A stretch of DNA of 64,000 bases from Okamejei kenojei (Eukaryota). The stretch's first letter is position 1, and each line of letters begins with the position of its first letter. Made by a program: the position numbers and the translations under genes. Shown here piece by piece: positions 47,546 through 57,711 of the stretch. Under the pieces are notes generated by a model. The model did no database searches, was not told the origin of the DNA, and was given only the letters and a program-made list of their open reading frames with translations. The DNA is taken from the NCBI GenBank assembly GCA_035221665.1, contig CM069169.1:10106001-10170000 (forward strand), read 5' to 3'.

Positions 47546-47925
47546 ATCTGATCAATTCTCCTAAACTTGCAGTTTTTATTACATGGCAAAGAAAGTCGCC
47601 CTAAAATTACTGCAATGAGGAGCTGTTTTCTAATTTCCCTTCATGATTCTTAATGCTGCAGGACATTCTTTTCTTATTTCTTACAATTAAAGCACATAGT
47701 ACGTGATATAACACCAGGGTAAGCACTCTTATGTGTACCATGACCACTGGATATTCACCATCCTCTTCAGAAAGTCTTGCAGCTGTTCGAAGATATATTT
47801 GACTTGCCCTGGCACAAGAGAAGCAACACATGACCTTCTCCCTACTCGCCACCCTCACAGAAGCGCTACCCTTTAATCCCTTGCACTGCACCTCTTTTCC
47901 CCCTCCTTTAATGCAGTAGAGCCAT

Positions 47926-48022
47926 GGGTCTGAAGAAGGGTCTCGGCCCGAAACGTTACCCGTTCTCTCCAGAGATGCTGCCTGTCGCGCTGAGTTGTTC
48001 CAGCTTTTTGTGTCCATCTTCA
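47926..48022 (+). mobile_element. Penelope-like terminal-repeat fragment with the best-preserved hammerhead-like core
   Basis: GGGT CTGAAGA A GGGTCTCGGCCC GAAA CGTT ACCC followed by the family body. Confidence 0.65.
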
Positions 48023-48164
48023 TGCCAAGACAAGGAATTTCTTTAGCCAGAGGGTGCTGAATCTGCGGAATTCATTGCCACAGACTGATGTGGAGGCCAA
48101 GCCATTCTGCTCCTATGACTTATGAAGAACTTTGCTCTTGTTGCTTTATGCTGAAAGGCCATTA

Positions 48165-49835
48165 AGGGCCTGTTCCGCTCTCACGACCTCTGCCGTGTTT
48201 GCCCTCATACTCAAAAAAAAAAAGTCAAAAAAGAGTTTATTGTCATGTGTCCCTGACAGGACAATGAAATTCTTTCTTTGCATAGCACAACAGAACATAG
48301 TAGGCATTGACTACAATTATATACTAAATACACACATTAATTAATAAATTAATAAAGTGCAAATAACAGATGGAGGGGTATTAATGTTCAGAGTTTTGTC
48401 CGAGCCAGGTTTAATAGCCTGATGGCTGTGGGGAAGTAGCTATTCCTGAACCGGGTCGTTGCAGTTCTCAAGCTCCTGTACCTTCTACCCGAAGTAGCAG
48501 GGAGATGAGTGAGTGGCCAGGTGGTGTGGGTCCTTGATGATGCTGCCAGCCTTTTGAGGCAGCGACTGTGGTAGATCCCCTTGATGGAAGGAAGGTCAGA
48601 GCTGATGATGGACTGGGCAGTGATTACTACTTTTTGTAGTCTTTTTCTCTCCAGGGCACTCAAGTTGCCGAACCAAGCCACGATGCAACCGGTCAGCAAG
48701 CTCTCTACTGTGCACCTGTAGAGGTTCGAAAGAGTCCTTCCTTGACAGACCGACTCTCCGTAATCTTCTCAGGAAGTAGAGGCGCTGATGAGCTTTCTTA
48801 ATAATTGCATCTGTGTTCTCGGACCAGGAAAGATCTTCACAGATGTGCACGCCCAGGAATTTGAAGCTCTTGACCCTTTCAACCATCGACCCGTTGATAT
48901 AAACAGGACTGCGGGTCCCCATCCTACTCCTTCCAAAGTCCACAATCAGTTCCTTGGTTTTTGCTGGTGTTGAGGGCCAGGTTATTGTGCTGGCACCATA
49001 TGGACAGTTGCTCGATCTCTCTTCTACACTCCGACTCATCCCCATCAGAGATACGTCCCACAACAGTGGTGTCGTCAGCGAACTTGATGATGGAGTTCGC
49101 ACTGTGACCGGCTACGCAGTCATGAGTATAGAGTGAGTACAGCAGGGGGCTGAGCACACAGCCTTGAGGTGCTCCCTGTGCTGATTGTTATCGAGTCTGA
49201 CACATTTCCCCCAATACGAACAGACTGTGGTCTGTGAATGAGGAAGTCGAATTGCAGAGACCCAGTTCTGCGAGTTTGGTAACCAGCTTGGCGGGGATGA
49301 TTGTGATGAATGCCGAGCTGTAGTCAATGAATAACAGCCTGACATATGAGTTTTTGTTGTCCAAGTGGTCCAGAGCGGAGTGGAGGGCCAGTGAGATCGC
49401 ATCCACCGTTGATCTGTTGTGGCGTTAAGCGAACTGCAGTGGGTCCAGGTTTTTGTCGAGGTAGGAGTTGATTTGCGCCATGATCAACTTCTCAAAGCAC
49501 TTCATCACCACAGGCGTTAGTGCCACAGGTCGATAGTCATTGAGGCACGTCACCTTGCTCTTCTTGGGCACCGGTATTATTGATGCCCTTTTGAGGCAGG
49601 TGGGAACCTCAGACCTCAGAAGTGACAGGTTGAAAATGTCCGTAAAAACTCCAGCCAGTTGGTCCGTACAGGTACTCATACTCGCAGCATGGTCTTCAGG
49701 AAGTTGTAGCAGGCCGTGATGCTAGTCGTAGGTACTCGTGGCATCAAGTGGGTCGGGGCGTTTTTTCTAGCATGGTGAAAAATGTCCACGAGTAAAAAAG
49801 GTTGTGAATTAGGTCGTGAAAGTGGGACAGGCCCT
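48165..49835. mobile_element. PIF/Harbinger-like MITE hosting the Rex1-like LINE
   Basis: TTA on both flanks; ends AGGGCCTGTTCCGCT...AGTGGGACAGGCCCT. Confidence 0.7.
48213..49674 (-). mobile_element. Rex1/Babar-like LINE, 5'-truncated, inserted in a MITE
   Basis: Frameshifted RT pieces [67 protein letters not shown]; 9-bp TSD CTCATACTC at 48204-48212 and 49675-49683. Confidence 0.9.
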
Positions 49836-50220
49836 TTACCCTGGCAAGAGCGTTCAGTGACGTATCAGTTTGAGAGGGGAATCGACCACGGGATTTGTTC
49901 GCAAGCTGCCTTTGCTCATCCAATGTTCTACCTGTGGAACCAAGACCCTCCCACCCTGTGGTATGACCCCCTTGCTAAATCTGCCATCCACAACAGTTGC
50001 ACACTTTCCTAAAGCGACAGCTCGCCAACTTTCTCAAAGATAGTTAAACATGGATAATAAATTCTGACATTTCCAGCAGCGCCACATATCCCAAGAGTTA
50101 ATTTTTTTTTTTGAAAGATGCAGCATGGAATCAGATCCTTTGGCCCACTGGGTCTACGATGACCATCGATCTCCTCCTGTTCGCACTAGTTCTATGGTAT
50201 CCCACTCTCTCGACCATTCC

Positions 50221-50714
50221 AATCCCACCTCCTCCATCAGACCGTCACAGAGACACCACGACGAGTGCGCCTCAAGTCATGGCGCCCCTTTGCCACGCAA
50301 GCCCAAGCGCTGCTCTGCACAACACCGGCTGACGCTTCTAAGGCCGCCTGGGTCAAGACGAGATGGAGAGACCAGCGGAAGTCAGCGGAACCATCTAGGC
50401 TACACCATTACATCGATGACCCCATGGACGTCCCTGGCCAGGACCTGCCCCGAAAGCAGTGGACAACCCTCAACCGCTTGAGGACGGGCGTCGGACGCTA
50501 TGGAGTAGCGATGAAGAGGTGGGGCCTCGTCGACAGCGCCTCCTGCGAGTGTGGGGACCCAACACAGACAGGGGAGCACATAGTCACCAGTTGCCCCAAA
50601 CACCGGTCACCGAATGGTGAACCAGGTCTGATTGACCTGGACGATGACACGTTGGCCTGGCTCGCCTCAACGGAGCTGCAGGTCTGAAAGACACACGACA
50701 GAAGAAGAAGAAGA
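50221..50714 (+). mobile_element. 5'-truncated LINE 3' end, I-group (Ingi/Vingi-like), inserted in a SINE
   Basis: ORF ends WTTLNRLRTGVGR...CECGDPTQTGEHIVTSCP (CCHC-type motif), stop at 50687, then GACACACGACA(GAA)4 tail; splits a minus-strand HE1-like SINE (~50110-50915). Confidence 0.7.
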
Positions 50715-51083
50715 CCCACTCCTTACGCAGTAGGGGCAATTTTCAGAGTGCCAATGAACCCGATAACCCGCACATCTTTAGGATGTGGTGGGGAACTGAA
50801 GAAAAGGTACGCAGTCACTAAGGACGTGCAAACTCCACACAGACTGCACCCAAGCCGGATTCAATCCTGGCTGCTTGGTGCTGTGAGGCATAGTCCTTCC
50901 AGCCGTGCCAATGTGCTGCTCTCAGCGGGTCAGGCAATCCCTGTGAAAGAACATGCATGGCACGATTGATAAGGTTTGGTCCGTAAGTAATAAAGCCTTG
51001 TTATGTCACCGAGCTATCTGATAATGTACAATTGTTTTTGGCATCGCAGATTGTTAATTTGCCAACATTTACTTTTAAAACAA

Positions 51084-51097
51084 GTCGCCATGGCAAC
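51084..51097. promoter_or_regulatory. RFX X-box motif
   Basis: GTCGCCATGGCAAC matches the consensus GTNRCC-N0-3-RGYAAC. Confidence 0.55.
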
Positions 51098-51923
51098 CGA
51101 GCCACTTTCATTGAACTGGCTAATGAATCAAATAGGTTTTGGTTTCTCCTCTGTCCTCGCTTTTGTGGACTGACTGGTTTCTGCTGCATTATTTATACAG
51201 TAATAAGTACATTGCATTGTACCCAAAACGTACAATGATGATGGAATGGAGTTAGGAGTTTTCTTGCGGTGTTCTCGGATTGCAAACCCAATTTAAATGC
51301 AGGATCTGAATGAGTGCCCACTTTGCCTGAATGCTGCAATGGACTGGCTGCACTGATTAATTTGTCCCTGCCCTAATGAATCTCGAGGTATCTGGCTCTG
51401 AACTTTCAATTTCAGTTCGTTTAATTACCCCGATTGATGCCGGAGGATTGCACTTGGATAGCTGGGGTGTACGGAAAGCTAGCTAGCTAGCTAGCCAGCG
51501 AGCGAGAACTGAGTGTGTACAGGTTAGAAGCTTCTAAATCATTTAGTGTGCCTGTGTGTTCATCGTTGTTCCAGAGTTGGAGGAGAGGGCAAAGTGTAGA
51601 TGGTTGAGGGGACGGACGCAGCCACAGTTAGGGATGGCGAGGGCATGATTGAATTCTGATTGTAAGTATTGCTTCAGTGAAACTGTGGCCTCCTGGCCTT
51701 TGCTGGTAAAAGAACAAGTGTGTGGGAAGTTTGAATTTTAATCCCGCTTTCTATCAGGTCAGAATATTTCAGAGTTCGGGCTTCAACTCGTTGCTGAGAC
51801 AACACTTAGAATATCATTGTTTAAGAAGGATCTGCAGATGCTGGAAAATCAAAAGGGAGACAAAAATGGGTGAGGCAGCATCTATGGAGTGAAGGAAATA
51901 GGCAACATTTTGGGCTGACTCCA

Positions 51924-52202
51924 CTATTTTTAAGAGCCCTATCTAGCTCTCTCTTGAAAGTATCCAGAGAACCCACCTCCACCGCCCTCTGAGGCAGAGA
52001 ATTCCGCAGAGTCAGGGGAGATGGAAATGCAGAGATAAGGGGGGCTATTTTTAAGAGCCCTATCTAGCTCTCTCTTGAAAGTATCCAGAGAACCCACCTC
52101 CACCGCCCTCTGAGGCAGAGAATTCCGCAGAGTCAGGGGAGATGGAAATGCAGAGATAAGGGGGGCTATTTTTAAGAGCCCTATCTAGCTCTCTCTTGAA
52201 AG
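51924..52202. repeat. ~121-bp exact tandem duplication (2.3 copies) of a CR1-containing composite unit
   Basis: CTATTTTTAAGAGCCCTATCTAGCTCTCTCTTGAAAG restarts at ~51924, ~52045 and ~52166. Confidence 0.9.
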
Positions 52203-52437
52203 ATATATGGAACAGAGGAAGTGGCGGAGGTGAATAAAATAACATTTACAAGATATTTGGGCGGGTTCGCGGATAGGATAGAGGGATATGTGCCAGACGC
52301 AGGCACATGGGGCTAGCTAGGCTGGGCAACTTGGTCGGCACAGATAGGTTGGGCCGAAGGGCCTGCTTCCATACTGTACAGCTCTCTGACTATATTCGGG
52401 TTGAGCTCAATAGAATCAAAGAGAGGTGTGTGTTGGA

Positions 52438-52860
52438 GAAACATAGAAAATAGGTGCAGGAGTAAGCCATTCGGCCCTTCGAGCCTGCACCGCCACTCAA
52501 TATGATCATGGCTGATCATCCAACTCAGTATCCTGTACCTGCCTTCTCTCCATACCCCTGATCCCTTTAGCCACAAGGGCCACATCTAACTCCCTCTTAA
52601 ATATAGCCAACGAACTGGCCTCAACTACCTTCTGTGGCAGAGAATTCCACAGGTTCACCACTCTCTGTGTATGAAAAATGTTTTTCTCATCTCGGACCTA
52701 AAAGATATCCCCCTTATCCTTAAACTGTGACCCCTTGTTCTGGACTTCCCCAACATTGGGAACAATCTTCCTGCATCTAGCCTGTCCAACCCCTTAAGAA
52801 TTTTGTAAGTTTCTATAAGATCCCCCCTCAATCTTCTAAATTCTAGCGAGTACAAGCCGA
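52438..52860 (-). mobile_element. CR1-like LINE 3' fragment
   Basis: [23 protein letters not shown]. Confidence 0.88.
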
Positions 52861-53529
52861 AAGGTGGTGGGGGGGGGGGGGAAGGGGGGGGGGGGGGGGG
52901 CAATGGTACCATCATCGTGAGCTACTTCCATGTTTAATGATGGAATAAACTTGAGGGGCTGAATGGTCTACATGGTTTTCTGATTCCCATCCATGAAAAA
53001 GCTACCAATGTATCGTTCCTTGTGACCCATTACCAAATGTCCTTGCTAATGTTTGTCTTGGGGCAGTTGGACCTTGCAGGTTCTAATCTGACACCTTGTC
53101 AGGAAATTCATTGACATTCAACAAGAACACAAGGCAACTCGGCCGTGCAGCGACTCCCCGTCGAATAGCCTGGAAATCCACTCTTGTGAACTTTAACAGC
53201 CACCCTACCCGGATGCAACGCGCAGTAAGATAAAAGGTAAAACAATTAAACTTTTAAATCTTGATTAGATTAAGTATAAATAAGTAATTGCACCCCAGGA
53301 TGTTTGTGGAAATCTGACCTCCGATCTGTGGTGGATGGAAACTTGTCCAAAAGAAGCTGTGGACTGTTGTCGGAGTCAGAGCGGCTTGAGCGTGACACTG
53401 AGCGACGGGTTCATTCCAATGAAGTTCACAGATCGTGCTGAATGGTACCAGGTAACGCTCTAAGATGAATTCTCCCTTGTCTATCCACGTTTATTACTGA
53501 GCTTCTGACTATTTAGTAGAATAGAAGTA

Positions 53530-55156
53530 CAGTGGCTTGCAAAAGTATTCATACCCCTTGAACTTTTCCAAATTTTGTCACGTTACAACCACAAACGTAA
53601 ATGTATTTTATTGGGATTTTATGTGATAGGCCAACACAAAGTGGTGCATAATTGTGAAGTGGAAGGAAAATTATACATGGTTTCCAAATTTTATTACAAA
53701 TAAAAAACTGAAAAGTGTGGCGTGCAGATGTATTCAGCCCCCCTGAGTCAATACTTTGTAGAACCACCTTTCGCTGCAATTACAGCTGCAAGTCTTTTGG
53801 GGTATGTCTCTACCAGCTTTGCACATCTAGAGACTGACATTTTTGTCCATTGTTCTTTGCAAAATAGCTCAAGCTCAGTCAGCTTGGATGGAGAGCGTCT
53901 GTGAACAGCAATTTTCAAGTCTTGCCAGAGATTCTCAATTGGATTTAGGTCTGGACTTTTACTGGGCCATTCTAACACATGAATATGCTTTGATCTAAAC
54001 CATTCTATTGTAGCTCTGGCTGTATGTTTAGGGTTGTTGTCCTGCTGGAAGGTGAACCTCTGCCCCAATCTCAAGTCTTTTGCAGGCTCTAACAGGTTTT
54101 CTTCCAAGATTGCCCCGTATTTGGCTCCATCCATCTTCCCAAGAACTCTGACCAGCTTCCCTGTCCCTGCTGAAGAAAAGCATCCCCACAGCATGATGCT
54201 GCCACCACCATGTTTCACAGTGGGGATGGTGTGTTCAGGGTGATGTGCAGTGTTAGTTTTCTGCCACACATAGCGTTTAGCATTTAGGTCAAAAAACATC
54301 AATTTTGGTCTCATCAGACCAGAGCACCTTCCTCCACATGTTTGCTGTGTCCCCCACATGGCTTGTGGCAAACTGCAAACAAGACTTCTTATGGCTTTGT
54401 TTCAACAATGGCTTTCTTCTTGCCACTCTTCCATAAAGGCCTGATTTGTGGAGCGCATGACAAATAGTTGTCCTGTGGACAGATTCTCCCACCTGAGCTG
54501 TGGATCTCTGCAGCTTCCCCAGAGTTACCATGGGCCTCTTGGCTGCTTCTCTGATCAATGCTCTCCTTGCCCGTCCTGTCAGTTTAGGTGGACGGCCATG
54601 TCTTGGTAGGTTTGCAGTTGTGCCATAATCTTTCCATTTTCGGATGATGGATTGAACAGTGCTCCGTGAGATGTTCAAAGCTTGGGATATTTTTTTTTAA
54701 CCTAACCCTGCTTTAAACCTCTCCATAAATTTATCCCTGACCTGTCTGGTGTGTTCCTTGGGCTTCATGATGCCCAAGGAACATTGTTTGTTCACTAATG
54801 TTCTCTAACAAACCTCTGAGGCCTTCACAGAACAGCTGTATTTATACTGAGATTAGATTACACACAAGTGGACTCTATTTACTAATTAGGTGACTTCTGA
54901 AGGCAATTGGTTGCACTAGATTTTATTTAGGGGTATCAGAGTAAAGGGGGCTGAATACTTTTGCACGCCACACTTTTCAGTTTTTATTTGTAAAAAAAAT
55001 TTGAAAACAATGTATCATTTTCCTTCCACTTCACAATTATGCGCCACTTTGTGTTGGTCTATCACATAAAATCCCAATAAAATACATTTACGTTTGTGGT
55101 TTTAATGACAAAATGTGGAAAAGTTCAAGGGGTAGGAATACTTTTGCAAGCCACTG
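53530..55156 (-). mobile_element. Full-length Tc1-family DNA transposon (DD34E, IR/DR type), transposase disabled
   Basis: TA on both flanks; ~210-bp TIRs starting CAGTGGCTTGCAAAAGTATTC; transposase 54768-53748 with WSDETK, FQQDNNPKH and SPDLNPIENLW motifs. Confidence 0.95.
53748..54768 (-). pseudogene. Tc1 transposase pseudogene (~340 codons)
   Basis: MKPKEHTRQVRDK...GLG*KKISQALNISRSTV (in-frame TAA near 54698) and a frameshift in the A run near 54291-54296. Confidence 0.9.
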
Positions 55157-55159
55157 TAT

Positions 55160-55497
55160 ATAAAATCATGAAAGGACTAGACGCACAGAGTCTCTTGCCC
55201 AGAGTCGGAGAATCGAGAAGCAGAGGACATAGCTTTAAGTTGAAGTGGGAAAGATTTAGTAGGAATCTGAAAGGTAACTTTTTCCCACAGAGGGAGGGTG
55301 GTGGGTGTATGGAACAAGCTGCCGTAGGAGGTAGTTGAGGCAGCGACTATTGCAACCTTTAAGAAATAATTAGATAGGTACATGGCTAGGATAGGTTTTT
55401 AATATGGGCCAACGCAGGCAGGTGGGACTAACGTAGATGGGGCAAGTTGGTCAACATGGGCAAGTTGGGCCCAAGGGCCTGCTTCCACGCTGTATGA
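55160..55497 (+). mobile_element. CR1-like LINE 3' fragment
   Basis: RGHSFKL motif and HE1-like 3' end. Confidence 0.7.
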
Positions 55498-56659
55498 CTG
55501 TCTGGAAAAGGATTAATAGATGGGGAGTGAGCAAAGTGTTTGCTGAATTGAAGGTAGGTGAGTTAAAGCTATGCGCAGCAGTGTCAATGATAAACGTGCA
55601 CGAGATTGCTGCTAACTTCAAATCGTCTGACTGATGGCAGCCACTGCGATTTCAATCCAAAACTGCTCTTGCAGCCTCTGTTAGAGTCTTGTTTTGACAT
55701 CGTTTATCGCGCTCGACAGATTTAAAAAATAAAATTCTATGCACTGTTCAAGAATGTTTTTGAAAACTTGGTTCTCCACTCGGGTTCCAAAGAGGATGCA
55801 GAAGGGACTCACTAGAATGTTCCCTGGGACTGTGGGCTTGAGTTATGGGGGGGGGAGGGTTGATATTAGAGCCTTGCCCTCGTCAATCTTGTGAACACAC
55901 TCATGTTCACGAGTTCTAGGAGCAGAATTAGGCCATTCAGCCCATCAAGTCTACTCTGCCATTCAATCATGGCTGATCTATCGTTCCCTCTCAACCCCAT
56001 TCGCCTGCCTTCTCCCCAGATCATTTGACACCCGTACTAGTCTATTGTCTATTGTTTATAATCAAGCACCTTTCAATCTCCACCTTTATCCATTAACTTG
56101 GCCTCCACATCCATCTGTGGCAATGAATTCCACGCATTCACCACCTTCGGACTAAAGAAATTCCTCCTCGTGTAAAGGTACGTTGTTTTATTCAGAGGCT
56201 TTGGCCTCTAGTGCTAGACTCTCCCACTAGTGGACACGTCCTCTCCACATCCACTCTACCGCAGGCCTTTCACTGCTCATTAACTTCCTCCATAACACCA
56301 AAGCACAGCATTCACGTAATGTTGAAGAGCGAACACCATGTCAAGTGGGAATTCTGGAGATGAGGACCAGGCTTGTTGAAGGCACGTCTGAACAGGCGGA
56401 AGTTGTTCCATTTATGGATGACCAAGACGCTAAAATTGGAGAAGTGGCAGAGAATGGAGGGGTGAAGGGGCTATGGAGGGACTCGGTGCTGGGGTCAGGG
56501 TGAGGGATGTAATGGAGTGAGAGCACCCCAAATCATTCCTAATTCTATTAAGATATTAAATGTGTTCTTCGTTAGTTCAGGGTTTTTTTCTTTTTTCTCT
56601 TTCGTGTCTTTTTCAAAATTATTTTCTTTTTCTTTTCTTCTTCCTTTCCCTTCTTTCGG

Positions 56660-57312
56660 ATTGTGGACTTTGGAAGGAGTAGGATGGGGACCCACAGTCC
56701 CGTTTATATCAAGATGATTGAAAGGGTCAAGAGCTTCAAATTCCTGGGAGTGCACACCTCTGAAGATCTTTCCTGGTCCGAGAACACTGATGCAATTATC
56801 AGTAGCTTGCTGACCGGTTGCATCGTGGCTTGGTTCGGCAACTTGAGCGCCCTGGAGAGGAGAAGGCTCCAAAAAGTCGTAAACACTGCCCAGTCCATCA
56901 TCGGCTCTGACCTCCCTTCCATCGAGGGGATCTATCACAGACGCTGCCTCAAAAAGGCTGGCAGCATCATCAAGGACCCACACCATCCTGGCCACACACT
57001 CATCTCCCTGCTACCTTCAGGTAGAAGGTACAGGAGCCTGAAGTCTGCAACGACCAGGTTCAGGAATAGCTACTCCCCACAGCCATCAGGCTATTAAACC
57101 TGGCTCGGACAAAACTCTGATCATTAATAACCCATTATCTGTTATTTGCACTTTATCAGTTTATTTATTCATGTGTGTATATATTTATATAATGATATAT
57201 GGACACACTGATCTGTTTTGTAGTCAATGCCTACTGTTCTGTGCTGAAGCAAAGCAAGAATTCCATTGTACTATCAGGGACACACGACAATAAACTCACT
57301 TGAACTTGAACT
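56660..57312 (+). mobile_element. Rex1/Babar-like LINE 3' fragment
   Basis: ORF 56663-57097 close to the 48213-49674 element; (CTTGAA)n tail. Confidence 0.87.
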
Positions 57313-57650
57313 TTCCTTTTTTCTTTTTTCTGGTTTAGTTATTAGTTTATAAAATGTTAAAATTGAAGCTGAACGAAAATTGTATAATTGTAATGTTGAT
57401 TACTTTCTCCTTGTACAATTGCTTCTAACAAAGTAAATATTAAACAAAAAGAAAAGATATTAAATGTGTGAGCAAGGGGCCTGGTCCGCATTGCATCTGT
57501 GATGGAGGAGGAGCGTGCTCGTGTTCAGAATGTCTCCGATTGTACCCCTGACAGGAGCGCAAGGAGTGCGAGTCGTGCTGAGAGGACACGATCCCCGAGA
57601 CCTGAACGCCGCCATCTCCCAGAGGCACGGGCTTGCGTTTCTCAGTGGCG

Positions 57651-57711
57651 ATGGTACTTCCCTCCCGGCCTGTGCTGACCCTCATTCTGCTGGTGACCTC
57701 CCATAGCGCCG
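57651..57711 (+). CDS. STRC: STRC first coding exon, signal peptide (MVLPSRPVLTLILLVTSHSA)
   Basis: gcgATGg Kozak context, hydrophobic core, S-H-S-A cleavage-like end, G|gtaaga phase-1 donor matching the next exon. Confidence 0.8.
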
